In this document: positions 1 to 10,028 of the stretch, one piece after another
Layout of the letters: the number at the start of each line of letters is the position of its first letter
Position numbering within the stretch: the first letter of the stretch is position 1
Source of the DNA: Thermoproteota archaeon
GTDB taxonomy: Archaea; Thermoproteota; EX4484-205; JAAOZP01
Direction of reading: 5' to 3'
DNA length: 48,506 bases
Assembly (NCBI GenBank): GCA_049700215.1
Contig: JBNAVT010000015.1
Span: forward strand, 1 to 48,506
Position numbers and translations under genes: made by a program
Notes under the pieces: generated by a model
Database searches by the model: none
What the model was told of the DNA's origin: nothing
Seen by the model: only the letters and a program-made list of their open reading frames with translations

Positions 1-2
1 CA

Positions 3-776
3 GCAACCGTTGCAGAAGCCCTGGGCTTAACGCCCAGCCTAACCGCGGCGGACACTGAGTTCGCGTGCAAGGCTGCGACGACAGCGATCCAAGCATGCTT
101 GGGAATGGTTAAGGCAGGATACATAAGATACGGGGTCTCGATAGGGGCTGACACAGCCCAGGGAGCGCCTAGGGACGCGCTTGAGTATACTGCTGCCGCG
201 GGCGGAGCCGCCTACGTGATAGGCGCGGGGGAAGGAGTGGTCGCTGAGGTTGAGGCAACATACTCCTACACGCAGGATGTTCCGGACTTCTGGAGGAGGG
301 ACGGCGCCAGCTACCCTAGGCACGCGGGAAGGTTCACAGGCGAGCCGGCTTACTTCGAGCACGTTATAAACTGCACGAGAGGCCTGCTTGAGAAAACCGG
401 GGCGACGCCGAGGGATTACGACTACGTGGTGTTCCACCAGCCTAACTCCAAGTTCCCGTTGAAAGCCGCTAGGGAGCTTGGCTTCGAGGAGAGGAAGCTC
501 CACCCGGGGCTCCTGGTTGACAGGCTTGGAAACACTTACTCAGGCTCCTCCCTAATCGGTTTAGCGGCGGTCCTTGATGCTGCAAGCCCGGGGGAGAGGA
601 TTCTGCTAACCTCATACGGCTCCGGAGCCGGGTCCGACTCCTTCAGCATAAGGGTGACGGAAGCCATAGACTCTAAGAGGGAGCTGGCTCCGCCCGTGAT
701 GTACTACCTGGATAAGCGTGAATACATTGATTACTCGACCTACGCGAGGTACAGGAGGCTTTTCAAAGAGAGGTGA
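3..776 (+). CDS. Hydroxymethylglutaryl-CoA synthase (archaeal type), 5'-truncated by window
   Basis: Frame is open from base 3 and includes the catalytic EFACKA motif. [26 protein letters not shown] and GNTYSGS motifs present. Adjacent to thiolase and DUF35. Confidence 0.93.
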   Translation, partial: ATVAEALGLTPSLTAADTEFACKAATTAIQACLGMVKAGYIRYGVSIGADTAQGAPRDALEYTAAAGGAAYVIGAGEGVVAEVEATYSYTQDVPDFWRRDGASYPRHAGRFTGEPAYFEHVINCTRGLLEKTGATPRDYDYVVFHQPNSKFPLKAARELGFEERKLHPGLLVDRLGNTYSGSSLIGLAAVLDAASPGERILLTSYGSGAGSDSFSIRVTEAIDSKRELAPPVMYYLDKREYIDYSTYARYRRLFKER

Positions 777-782
777 AAATGC

Positions 783-1949
783 TTGAAGAGGGATGTTGCT
801 ATAGTGGCTGTCGGCGCAACAAGGTTCGGGGAGCATTGGAGCAAGGGTCTTAAGGACCTGGCTTGGGAGGCAGGGGTTCAGGCCGTCGAGGAGGCTGGCA
901 TAAGCGGGAGAGACGTTCAGTATATTGTTTTCGGAAACATGTCTGGAGGAATGTTCGAGGGCCAGGAGCATGTTGGAGCCCTGGTTGCAGAGTTCCTAGG
1001 CTTAAACCCTGTGCCGGCGACAAGGGTTGAGGCAGCATGCGCCTCCGGCGGGGTGGCCTTCTTCCAGGGCTACCTGGCTGTAGCGTCAGGCATGTACGAC
1101 CTTGTGGCTGTCGGCGGCATAGAGAAGATGACTGACGTTGAACCCAGCCAGGCTACGGAGATTCTTTCAGCAGCCATGGACTACGAGTGGGAAGCATACT
1201 TCGGCGCAACCTTCCCAGGGGTCTACGCGCTCATGGCCACCAGGTACATGCATGACTACGGGCTTAAGCCGGAGACGCTTGCTAAAGTCGCTGTTAAAAA
1301 CCATTACCACGGGAGCATGAATCCTCTCGCCCATTTTAGAAACAGGATAACTGTGGAGGATGTGCTCTCCTCCCCAGTCGTAGCCTACCCGTTGAGGAGG
1401 AACGACTGCTGCCCTGTTTCAGACGGCGCTGCCTGCGTGCTGCTCGCCCCCCTGGAGGAGGCGCGTAAATACACGGATACGCCGATAATCGTTAAGGCTG
1501 TATCGCAAGCATCCGACACTCTCAGCCTACTGGGGAGGAGGGACATATGCACTCTGGACGCGACTGTGCACGCTGCCGAGAAGGCTTTCGCGATGGCTGG
1601 GCTCACAAGAAGGGATATTGACCTGGTTGAGGTGCACGACTGCTTCACAATAGCGGAGATACTTGCGCTCGAGGACCTTGGCTTCTGCGCCAAGGGGGAG
1701 GCTTTCAAGCTTTACGAGGAGGGGGAGACGTACGTGGGCGGCAGGCTTCCGGTGAACACTGACGGAGGGTTGAAAGCCGGGGGACACGCGGTCGGCGCGA
1801 CAGGAGTGAAGCAGATAGTTGAGATCGTGAAGCAGCTTAGGGGTGAGGCGGAGGGAGGCAGGCAGGTCGACGGGGCTGAAGTGGGCTTGGCGCACAACGT
1901 AGGAGGCTCGGGGGCAACGGCCGTCGTAACCATTCTTTCAAGGAGGTGA
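783..1949 (+). CDS. Acetyl-CoA C-acetyltransferase (SCP2-type/archaeal thiolase)
   Basis: [30 protein letters not shown] and HNVGGSG motifs. Confidence 0.93.
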   Translation: MKRDVAIVAVGATRFGEHWSKGLKDLAWEAGVQAVEEAGISGRDVQYIVFGNMSGGMFEGQEHVGALVAEFLGLNPVPATRVEAACASGGVAFFQGYLAVASGMYDLVAVGGIEKMTDVEPSQATEILSAAMDYEWEAYFGATFPGVYALMATRYMHDYGLKPETLAKVAVKNHYHGSMNPLAHFRNRITVEDVLSSPVVAYPLRRNDCCPVSDGAACVLLAPLEEARKYTDTPIIVKAVSQASDTLSLLGRRDICTLDATVHAAEKAFAMAGLTRRDIDLVEVHDCFTIAEILALEDLGFCAKGEAFKLYEEGETYVGGRLPVNTDGGLKAGGHAVGATGVKQIVEIVKQLRGEAEGGRQVDGAEVGLAHNVGGSGATAVVTILSRR

Positions 1950-1955
1950 AAAAGC

Positions 1956-2423
1956 ATGGGTGTCTCCGGAGTTCCTAGACACTGGAGGAGCCTGAAGGAA
2001 AGATACAGGCTTCTCGGCACGTATTGTGAAAATTGTAAGACAAGCTTCTTCCCGCCTAGGAAGATCTGCCCGAAATGCCGTAGGAGAGGAAGAACCAGGG
2101 AGGTTGAGTTCTCAGGCAGAGGCAGAGTGTTCAGCTACACGGTAATCCACGTCGGCTCCAAAACCTTCGAGCAGTATGCTCCCTACGTAATAGGGCTGAT
2201 TGAGCTCGAGGAGGGCCCGAGGGTTCTCTCGCAAATAGTGGACTGCAAGCCTGAGGACGTGCACATAGGGATGATGGTTGAAGCATGCTTCAGAAAGCTT
2301 TTCGAACAGGAGGACGGCGGAATAATAAGCTACGGCTTCAAGTTTAGACCGGTTGACGACAGCTGGGCTGAATACTACGCTAGGCTGCTTTCTGAAAAGA
2401 AGGCTAGGGCTGTGCAAACCTAG
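1956..2423 (+). CDS. DUF35 Zn-ribbon/OB-fold scaffold protein
   Basis: CxxC..FFPPR..CPxC followed by OB-fold (G.V.SYTVI, PYVIGLIELEEG, YGFKFRP). Matches the known HMGCS-thiolase-DUF35 cluster. Confidence 0.92.
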   Translation: MGVSGVPRHWRSLKERYRLLGTYCENCKTSFFPPRKICPKCRRRGRTREVEFSGRGRVFSYTVIHVGSKTFEQYAPYVIGLIELEEGPRVLSQIVDCKPEDVHIGMMVEACFRKLFEQEDGGIISYGFKFRPVDDSWAEYYARLLSEKKARAVQT

Positions 2424-2519
2424 CCTACTGTAGGATTTCCCTGCACGCCAATGTTTCCCCCAAGGGTTGCGAACAACTAGGCTTAATGTTTAAAAAACAC
2501 TCCCGCGTATTCTTCAGCG

Positions 2520-3359
2520 TTGCAGCCTCAATGCAGGATTGGGCCAGCCGGGTTCCCCTTGAAGGGGCCTCACGGGACTGACGCGATGCCCTATCTGAGG
2601 AAGATCGGTCTCGACGCGATGGAGTATCAAGCGGTTAGAAGCCTACGGATAAGCAGGAAGCCTGCGGTTGAGCTCGGCTCAGCCGCATCCGAGAACAATA
2701 TTCTTCTGACTCTCCACGGCCCCTACGCGATAAACCTTTCCTCAAGCAGGAGGCTTGTCAGGAGGCAGAGCATCCAGAGGCTCGTCAAGTCTGTTGAAAT
2801 AGCCTCCTGGATGGGGGCTTTCCACGTGACTTTCCACCCGGGCTACTACAGCGGGCTGCCCAGGGAGCTTGCGATGCAGGCTCAGAAGGAGGCTTTTAAA
2901 AACGTGCTGGAGAAGATGAGTGGGAAAAGCATCAGCGTGGAGCTGGGGCCTGAGACAACGGGTAAGCCAGACCAGTTTGGAACGCTTGAAGAATTGATCG
3001 AGCTTTCAAACTCGTTTGAAAACATCAGGCTTACTCTTGATTTCGCCCATATTCACGCCAGAATGGGCGGCTCGGTTAAGAGCCGCGGCGACTATGAGAA
3101 GATTCTCGACACGGTTGAGAAGAATCTTGGAAGCGAGAGGATGAGGAACCTGGTTGTACACTTCTCAGAGGTTGAAACGACTTCAAAGGGCTTCGGGGAG
3201 AGGCGGCACCACCCTCTTGGAAGCGGCTACGGGCCTGACTTCAGAAAGCTCGCGGAGATAATAGTTGAGAAAGGATACTCGTTCATAATAATATGCGAGT
3301 CCCCCCTGCTTGAAATAGACGCGTTGAAAATGAAGAGGATCCTGACCCGGTTTAAATAG
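2520..3359 (+). CDS. Endonuclease IV / AP endonuclease family TIM barrel
   Basis: H.PY.INL, FHPGYY, PETTGK..QFG.LEE, DFAHIHAR, HFS, HH and ICESP motifs. Confidence 0.88.
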   Translation: MQPQCRIGPAGFPLKGPHGTDAMPYLRKIGLDAMEYQAVRSLRISRKPAVELGSAASENNILLTLHGPYAINLSSSRRLVRRQSIQRLVKSVEIASWMGAFHVTFHPGYYSGLPRELAMQAQKEAFKNVLEKMSGKSISVELGPETTGKPDQFGTLEELIELSNSFENIRLTLDFAHIHARMGGSVKSRGDYEKILDTVEKNLGSERMRNLVVHFSEVETTSKGFGERRHHPLGSGYGPDFRKLAEIIVEKGYSFIIICESPLLEIDALKMKRILTRFK

Positions 3360-3440
3360 CGGCTTGACGGCTTGACTGAGAACCTGGTCTGAAGGCTGGA
3401 AGCGGAGCGTCCCTACCCTTCTAATGTTCGGCCAGCGGCT

Positions 3441-4025
3441 TCACTGCTTAGAGAGGGAGGAGATTATTTCCCTGCAGAACTCTGGAAGATCGTCGGGAAC
3501 CCTTCCAGTTACTATGTTCCCATCCTTCACGGCGGGAACGTCTTCGAACGCTGCGCCCGCGTTAATCAGATCATCCCTAACGGCTTCATACGCTGTAACC
3601 CTCTTCCCCCTAACTATGCCTGCTGAGATCAACACCTGGGGCCCATGGCAGATGGCTGCTATCAGCCTCCCAAGCTGGTTAACTCTCCTAACCAGCTCAA
3701 TAACCTTCCTGTCGATCCGCAACGAGTCTGGGGAGAACCCGCCGGGGAACAGGAGGCAGTCTACTTCCTCAGGCTTTACCTCTTCAAGCGTCTTTATGAC
3801 GTAACGTTTACCGGGAGCCATGACTTCAAGCGGCACTGGCGTCCTGTATCTGCCGGACACCGGCTTCTCAGCGGAAGGCCTTGGGTGCAGCCCACTCTTA
3901 ACCGGCACAATGGTGACGCTGGCTCCTTCCTCGCTCAACCGCAGCAAGGGATATAGCAGCTCAACATCCTCGAATTCGTTAGCCACGATTATAACTACAT
4001 TCTTTCCACTGAGGCTCATGCTCAT
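3441..4025 (-). CDS. PfpI/DJ-1 family (type 1 glutamine amidotransferase-like) protein
   Basis: FEDVEL, PGGFSPD.LR, AAICHGP and VTGR.PDDLP motifs. Start moved to the internal ATG (MSMSLSGK). Confidence 0.9.
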   Translation of the reverse strand: MSMSLSGKNVVIIVANEFEDVELLYPLLRLSEEGASVTIVPVKSGLHPRPSAEKPVSGRYRTPVPLEVMAPGKRYVIKTLEEVKPEEVDCLLFPGGFSPDSLRIDRKVIELVRRVNQLGRLIAAICHGPQVLISAGIVRGKRVTAYEAVRDDLINAGAAFEDVPAVKDGNIVTGRVPDDLPEFCREIISSLSKQ

Positions 4026-4189
4026 GGGAAAGTGCTCGACGTTTAAAAACTTTTCGACCTTGAGAACACGCGTGTCAATATGCTTATCTTGATACATTTA
4101 CGGGTTTTAAGCATGATGGCACGCTATTACCGTAAAAACCCGGGGAAACTCTTTAAGCAACAATGCTGCCCACCGCCGGGAAAAAGAGA

Positions 4190-5203
4190 CTAAAGCACAA
4201 GGTTTCTGCTTTCCCTAGGATCCACAACAATACCCTCAATCGGTTTCCTATCTAAATAGTTGAAAATGGCTTCCACCATCGTCTCATCCATGGCGGTTAA
4301 CGCTTCCCGAGTGTATGCAGCTATGTGAGGCGTAACCACGACGTTACCATATTTTAGAAGCGGGTGGTCAAGACCTATCGGCTCCTTCTCGACAACATCT
4401 AACGCCACCGCGCTTACAACACCTTTATCCAGGGCTTCGGCAAGAGCATCCTGGTCTACGAGTTCCCCCCTCGCAGTGTTAACCAGTATAATCCCCCTTC
4501 TCGCGCTCATTAGAGTTTCCCGGTTAATAATATGGTGTGTCTCAGGGCTAAGGCTCGTGTGAAGCGTAACTATGTCGCTTTCAGCCATTAGCTGAACAAT
4601 GCTGCCGGCAGGAACAACCCCGAGAGCCCTCATTTCCTCCTCTCGCACATACGGATCGTAGGCGATTACCCTTGATCCAAATCCTTTTCTAAGGATTTCA
4701 GCCACTCTGGAGCCAATATTACCGAATCCTACAACACCGACTGTAAGGCTACTTAAGTTTCTACTCACGAATTTAGCGCGCTCATGCCACCCGCCTTTTC
4801 TAACAGAGTCATTAGCCTCTACGACGCGTCTAAGCGCGGAAAGCATTAAAGCCAAAGCATGTTCCGCAACAGCCTCCCTTTCCCTGTATCCTGGCACAGC
4901 CACGACCTTCACCCCGTGCTTTTCCGCAGCCTTTAAATCAATATTGTCGAGACCTATGCCGTGCCTCACTATCATGACTACATCCGCATTACTTTTAAAG
5001 AATTCTTCACCATATCGCGGCGTCACGCTTGCCACGATAAAATGGTATCCAACCAGCTTTTCAGCCAACTCTTTCCCCGACAGGTTCTTCGGAACCTCGA
5101 TCTGGTTAACAGTGCATCTTGATTCAAGCCTGCTTACAGCGTCAGTAAACCTTCCAAAGGATTTGGAGTTCACGACAGCTACACGGGGCTTCACTCTCTT
5201 CAC
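4190..5203 (-). CDS. D-isomer-specific 2-hydroxyacid dehydrogenase
   Basis: G.GLDNID, AVAEH, GVVGFGNIG, VNTARG, ALDV..EP and TPHIA motifs. Confidence 0.9.
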   Translation of the reverse strand: MKRVKPRVAVVNSKSFGRFTDAVSRLESRCTVNQIEVPKNLSGKELAEKLVGYHFIVASVTPRYGEEFFKSNADVVMIVRHGIGLDNIDLKAAEKHGVKVVAVPGYREREAVAEHALALMLSALRRVVEANDSVRKGGWHERAKFVSRNLSSLTVGVVGFGNIGSRVAEILRKGFGSRVIAYDPYVREEEMRALGVVPAGSIVQLMAESDIVTLHTSLSPETHHIINRETLMSARRGIILVNTARGELVDQDALAEALDKGVVSAVALDVVEKEPIGLDHPLLKYGNVVVTPHIAAYTREALTAMDETMVEAIFNYLDRKPIEGIVVDPRESRNLVL

Positions 5204-6099
5204 CTTAAGCCTTCAGCATACTCGACGTAGGGCTGAGAGATCCTCTTAATCTCAAGCTTCTCCTCCCCGGTGAGCTTTCTCAAAGGGATTGGAGGCTCCC
5301 CAACGTCGACTCCCCTCAGCCTAAGTATTTCTCTGAGAACAACTTGGGTTTCAACACCGAATTTACCTAACTCTCTCCTAATCCTGTTTACGACGCTTTG
5401 AAGCTCAGCAGCCTTCTTAATATCCCTGTTTTTTACAGCAGCGTAAACCGCTAGGGGAATTTCTGGAAACGCGTTAGCTATTCCGCAGACATGGGCCCTG
5501 GCTCCGATGAGAAAAGCCACAGCTATCAGCGAGTCCCCGGCTCCCGCAACATAATGAGTCTTTCCAAACATATCCACGTAATTCTGCAGCTGCTCAACAT
5601 CGTAGCTCGTATCCTTCACGCCCATTACGCTCGGAACCTCACTGGTTATGGATTCAAAATCGCTTGGCGAAATGTTATACCCCTGTCTCCCCTTATTATT
5701 GTACACCATTACTGGAACACCGGCTCTTGAAAGACAACTATAGTATGAGATTAACCCGGTCTTGCCCGGCTTATGGTATATCGGGCCTACGGAGCTGACT
5801 GCAGCAACACCTAGGTTTGCCGCATGCTTCGCAAGCTCGAGAGCAGTCTCCACGTCTGCCGCGCCGACGTGAGCAATAATGCTCGCTCTACTCGGAGCAG
5901 CTTCAACCACTTTTTCAAGCATCTTTTCACGCTCATCCTTACTTATGAGCATCCCTTCACCATAAGTCCCTAGCACGAAAAAGCCTTTAACACCTTTCTC
6001 AACCAGGAAGCCTAATAGTGGAGCAACCCTCTCCCCGTCGACTTCAAAATCATTTTTAATCGGAGTTATTATTGCTGTAACTATGCCTTCAGGATACAT
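5200..6099 (-). CDS. DapA/NAL-family aldolase (KDG-aldolase-like)
   Basis: GTYGEG, AHVG, VYN and Schiff-base GVKDTS motifs. Overlaps the downstream gene by 4 bp. Confidence 0.85.
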   Translation of the reverse strand: MYPEGIVTAIITPIKNDFEVDGERVAPLLGFLVEKGVKGFFVLGTYGEGMLISKDEREKMLEKVVEAAPSRASIIAHVGAADVETALELAKHAANLGVAAVSSVGPIYHKPGKTGLISYYSCLSRAGVPVMVYNNKGRQGYNISPSDFESITSEVPSVMGVKDTSYDVEQLQNYVDMFGKTHYVAGAGDSLIAVAFLIGARAHVCGIANAFPEIPLAVYAAVKNRDIKKAAELQSVVNRIRRELGKFGVETQVVLREILRLRGVDVGEPPIPLRKLTGEEKLEIKRISQPYVEYAEGLR

Positions 6100-6152
6100 T
6101 ATTAACGGCTTAGTTGAAAGCCGAAACTATATAAGTTTTGTTCCCATGTTTC

Positions 6153-7664
6153 TCAACAAGACTTTCTCCCAATGCTCCTCAACAGTTTAACGAGTTCGAC
6201 GAAGACAGCGTAGTTCTCCTCGTAAACCATACTGTTCCTCTCCACGGGCACAACCCCCTCTTTAATACTCACCCATTTACTTGAAAACTCTCCCATGCTG
6301 GCGAGATTTAAAGCGTTGAAGGCTAGTGCTGCTGCACCGTAGTTGGTAGCGTCCTCACCCCCAGCTACAACGTTAATCCTACAGCCGAGAATATCTGAAA
6401 GTATTTGCGCCCATACCCTGGATTTTGAACCTCCTCCTACAAAGTATACTTCGTCCAGGCTTATCGAGTTTTCGGAGAGCGCGTCGCTAATCGCTCTAAT
6501 AACGTAACCCACTCCCTCCATTATTGATCTTATGAAATGAGCTCGACTGCAGCCTCTGGTGACGCCTATGAAAGCACCCGTTAAGTTCGGGTCTCTATAC
6601 GGAAACCTTTCACCCGTGAGAAAAGGCAGGAAGATAAGGCCTTCTGAACCCGGAGAAGCTTTTTCCGCCTCCAGGTCTAGAATACTGTAAGGGTCTCTGC
6701 CAATCATGCTGCCGGCTAGAGTCTCCATCTGGCCGAAATTGTCCCTGAACCACCTTAAACAGTCTCCGCCGCTGTTCGAAGCACCTCCTAAAGCGTAGAG
6801 ACCGTTTGCCGCATAGTAGGTGAAGAACCGCATTTCCAGACTCTTGTCGAGAACAACTCTCCTTGAAAGCTTTCTAACAACACCGGTGGTCCCGATGTTT
6901 AAAACAGTGCCTTTCTCAGTCAAGCCTAAACCGAAGTTCTGCGCCGCACCGTCGAACGTCGCCAAGACGATCTTCGTATCCGGAGCAAACCCGTATTCCC
7001 TGCCGACGCTAGAGGGAACAGCGTCTAAACTCTTCCCGCCCTCGCACAGCCTTGGAAACCTGTTCTCATCCACCCCAAGTAGGTCAAGCACTTTCTCACT
7101 GTACTTGAGTTTTTTAAGGTTAACAACACCACCCCCGCTGGCCGTGGCAAGATCTATATGCGGCTCCGTTGTCAAGCCGCTTTTCCACAACAAGTAATCC
7201 TTGCAGAACAAAAAATATCTCGCTTCTCTAAAGGTTTCAGGCTTCCTTTTCATAAACCAGTAAAGCTTGTACGGCATGAACACGAATATTGGAGGAGCCC
7301 CGGTTTCCCCGTAAAGCTCATAAGGATCAGTTTTCTCCAGCAGCTCTTTTTCAACCTCCGCCGCCCTAGTATCGTGGTGCGTCACCACCCTTGTTAAAGG
7401 AGCCCCATCCTTGTCCGCGAGAAGCACGCTATGGTTGTAAGTCGTCACGGATATTGCCCCGATGCTCCCCCCGTATTTTTTGCCGAAATAACCCAGCATG
7501 AAGGTGAAAGACTCCAAGAGCTCTTTCGGCTCATGACCAGCAAACCTGTTTTCCAAGTGGAGCGTTATCTCGCGAGTCTGCCTGTCAACAACCTTCCCCT
7601 CACTACTTATGACAAGACCCTTCATATTGGTGCTGCCGACGTCGATCGTAAGAACCAGGCTCAT
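6153..7664 (-). CDS. FGGY-family carbohydrate kinase (gluconokinase-like)
   Basis: IDVGSTN.K, D.RA, DGAA, IGTTG, LPFLTGER.P, EGV and GGGSKS..W motifs. Confidence 0.85.
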   Translation of the reverse strand: MSLVLTIDVGSTNMKGLVISSEGKVVDRQTREITLHLENRFAGHEPKELLESFTFMLGYFGKKYGGSIGAISVTTYNHSVLLADKDGAPLTRVVTHHDTRAAEVEKELLEKTDPYELYGETGAPPIFVFMPYKLYWFMKRKPETFREARYFLFCKDYLLWKSGLTTEPHIDLATASGGGVVNLKKLKYSEKVLDLLGVDENRFPRLCEGGKSLDAVPSSVGREYGFAPDTKIVLATFDGAAQNFGLGLTEKGTVLNIGTTGVVRKLSRRVVLDKSLEMRFFTYYAANGLYALGGASNSGGDCLRWFRDNFGQMETLAGSMIGRDPYSILDLEAEKASPGSEGLIFLPFLTGERFPYRDPNLTGAFIGVTRGCSRAHFIRSIMEGVGYVIRAISDALSENSISLDEVYFVGGGSKSRVWAQILSDILGCRINVVAGGEDATNYGAAALAFNALNLASMGEFSSKWVSIKEGVVPVERNSMVYEENYAVFVELVKLLRSIGRKSC

Positions 7665-7831
7665 CTCCCCGCCCGACTTTTATTTTTCCCAGGCTCTTCT
7701 TAATAACCTCTTCGCCACCAGGGTGAAGTGTTTCTTCAACTTTTTCATTAATGATTCTCACGCCTAAAACCTGGGGAAACTCATGAAACAAGTGGGGAAC
7801 CGTTGAACGCGCGAAACAAGAGTGTTTAGAG

Positions 7832-8128
7832 TTGCGCCAGCAGGGCTTAAAGATTTTTATACGTCTCAAACGTTTCAACTGCAGGTTGCCGCGTAAGGAG
7901 CCCCGAATACTTCTCGACGCCGAGGTCCTTGTGAGGCTTGCATACCTCACTATCACCGGTGAAACAGAGTTTAAAAACCTGGAGACGCTCAGGCTAGCAT
8001 ACGAGCAGGGCGGAGGCCAGACCGTTGCCGGCGAGGCTCAAGGCTCGCTGGAGCTGACGCCGCTTGAAGACCTGCGAAGATTCTTCGAGGAAACGCTTGG
8101 CTCCTCACAGGGCTCGACGGAGGAGTGA
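7832..8128 (+). CDS. Small hypothetical protein (start uncertain)
   Basis: The only ORF filling the gap, with host-like codon usage; it converges on the next gene. Confidence 0.45.
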   Translation: MRQQGLKIFIRLKRFNCRLPRKEPRILLDAEVLVRLAYLTITGETEFKNLETLRLAYEQGGGQTVAGEAQGSLELTPLEDLRRFFEETLGSSQGSTEE

Positions 8129-8143
8129 ATACAGGGCTTAACG

Positions 8144-9964
8144 CTAAAGCTCCTCGAACTCGTATTCCTCAGGCTTCCTGGGCGCCGGCCTTTCTCTCCC
8201 GCGAAGTATCTTAAACACTATTATCACTAAAACTATTGAAAAAACGCCGATTATTATGAGAACCACGTTCATCGACATGGGTATCCTTATAGTCACCTCC
8301 CTCTCCGTCAGGAAGCTCAACTTGACAGTCGCTGAATAGCCTAGGTTGGTTACTGTGACGGTCAGCTCCCCCCCGGCAACCCTGCCTACGTCTACAACGC
8401 CACCCGGCCCAGTGACATACTTAGCCTGAGTATTGTTCATGAAGACCACCCTTAGCTCAGCACCCTCTATAGGCATTGAAAAAGGGTCGACCAACCTGAC
8501 AGAACCGCTTACAACGTTGCACGAAACCCTGACCGCCTTAGGCTCACTAACATGTTCAACCTTAGCCTCGTCGAGAACGTTTAACCCAGCGTATTTAACC
8601 ATGGTCAGCCTAAGGTCTCCCGCAGTTGTCCAGATGCTTCTTAAAGTCCCGTTGTAAACAGTATTGTTGGCCAGAGTGCAAACGTAGAAGGATGGCGTCA
8701 GGAGAGCATTATCCCTGTCCACGAAGCTCAGGTTAACCAGGTACTCCTTACGGTGCTCTGCAGTCAGCCTAAGGTCTCCCTCAACAGTCAACACTAGCTC
8801 CGGGGAAAATATGGTTGAGCCGTCGCGTTCCCACATGGTGAACACGTATCGCAAGCCTTCAGTCGGATAGTATACTTCCTGAACCCTGAGCGTCTTCACC
8901 CCGGACGTAACGTAGAAAACAACCCCGGCTTCATCAGATATGACTTGGCTTTCATTATCCAGGCTAACCGTTACACCCGGCGTGCCGAAAACCCTTATCT
9001 CAGCATACCTAGCGCTGAAACCAGCCTCGCCAAAATTATTATCCTCGTTTGAATCATGAAACACGTTGAGCGCTTTAACCCATGCTTTCACAACGTGTCT
9101 ACCCTCCGGAATGTTTGAGACAAGCCTCTCGTATCTCACCCAGTCATCCTCCATCATGGGTGTCTTAAGCCCAAGCTGGCTGCCGGTGGCGTTCTCCAGA
9201 AGAACGTCGTCAATCATGACGGTTACAAGGTAGTCTGGGATGGTTGCGTCGCCGGAGTTTCTTAAAACCAGGATGAGTGTAAGGTTGGAGCCCGCGATGA
9301 GACTCTTCTTATCCAGGTAGACTCCTTCAAGCGCGATGTCGCACTTGGTGGCCCAGTTGTCAGGCGAGGATACGGCGCTCCATGTAGACGGGTTGCGCGG
9401 GATCGCGTTAACAGGCCAGGAATAGTTGACTCCCACCCCGGAGGCAACCAGGGCGAACCCCAGTGTTCTACGAGTATTAGGATAAACATCCAGCTTCGAC
9501 AACGGTATCGCTAGCTCCATCGTCCAGGAGACAGTTCCGTTCACGACCTTAAGAAGGACGCCGCTGGCAGGCTCCTCAATCCAGTCCTCACCGTGCCCGT
9601 AGAAGTATTTTAACTCGCCCGACCTGTTTACAGCATACCTTGTTGTGCTCACCGTGAGGACAGTACTGTTTAAAACACCAGTGTTAAACAGGAGGTCCAC
9701 CGTCCTACACGCGTTGCTTAAAACTATTGCGAAAAACAGGTGGCTATTGTTATGGACAGCGTAAGCCTTCACCCATGAAAGGTTAAGCTGTTCAACAGGA
9801 TACTCGCCTGTTGAAACAGCCCCGTCTACCCTCGGGTTCCTGTAAAGCGGGATGCTTAGCTCCAGCTCGGCTGAAACACTTAGGGTTAAGAACCCGGCTT
9901 TGGGAAGCATGATTATAAGTAGAAACAGCATACTGCTTGCAGCCGCTGCCCTAAGCCTCTTCAT
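8144..9964 (-). CDS. Secreted, C-terminally membrane-anchored beta-sandwich protein (DOMON/CBM9-like plus CARDB-like domains)
   Basis: N-terminal signal peptide. P.VDG...EY and W.MELAIPL (CBM9/DOMON-like) motifs. LRNSG...DSNEDNN (CARDB-like). Many NxS/T sequons and a C-terminal TM helix with basic tail. Confidence 0.7.
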   Translation of the reverse strand: MKRLRAAAASSMLFLLIIMLPKAGFLTLSVSAELELSIPLYRNPRVDGAVSTGEYPVEQLNLSWVKAYAVHNNSHLFFAIVLSNACRTVDLLFNTGVLNSTVLTVSTTRYAVNRSGELKYFYGHGEDWIEEPASGVLLKVVNGTVSWTMELAIPLSKLDVYPNTRRTLGFALVASGVGVNYSWPVNAIPRNPSTWSAVSSPDNWATKCDIALEGVYLDKKSLIAGSNLTLILVLRNSGDATIPDYLVTVMIDDVLLENATGSQLGLKTPMMEDDWVRYERLVSNIPEGRHVVKAWVKALNVFHDSNEDNNFGEAGFSARYAEIRVFGTPGVTVSLDNESQVISDEAGVVFYVTSGVKTLRVQEVYYPTEGLRYVFTMWERDGSTIFSPELVLTVEGDLRLTAEHRKEYLVNLSFVDRDNALLTPSFYVCTLANNTVYNGTLRSIWTTAGDLRLTMVKYAGLNVLDEAKVEHVSEPKAVRVSCNVVSGSVRLVDPFSMPIEGAELRVVFMNNTQAKYVTGPGGVVDVGRVAGGELTVTVTNLGYSATVKLSFLTEREVTIRIPMSMNVVLIIIGVFSIVLVIIVFKILRGRERPAPRKPEEYEFEEL

Positions 9965-10028
9965 AGTTCCTACCCGTGGGGAAACTCTTAAAAAGATTTT
10001 TTTGCAGCTGGAAAACAGTGGTTTCGCG

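Noticed and set aside
1-2423. HMGCS-thiolase-DUF35 as a novel system
   Set aside because: This is a well-established archaeal mevalonate-entry complex.
9852-10028. N-terminal extension of ArgG in the ORF track
   Set aside because: It overlaps the divergent gene, and homology begins at TTG 10029.
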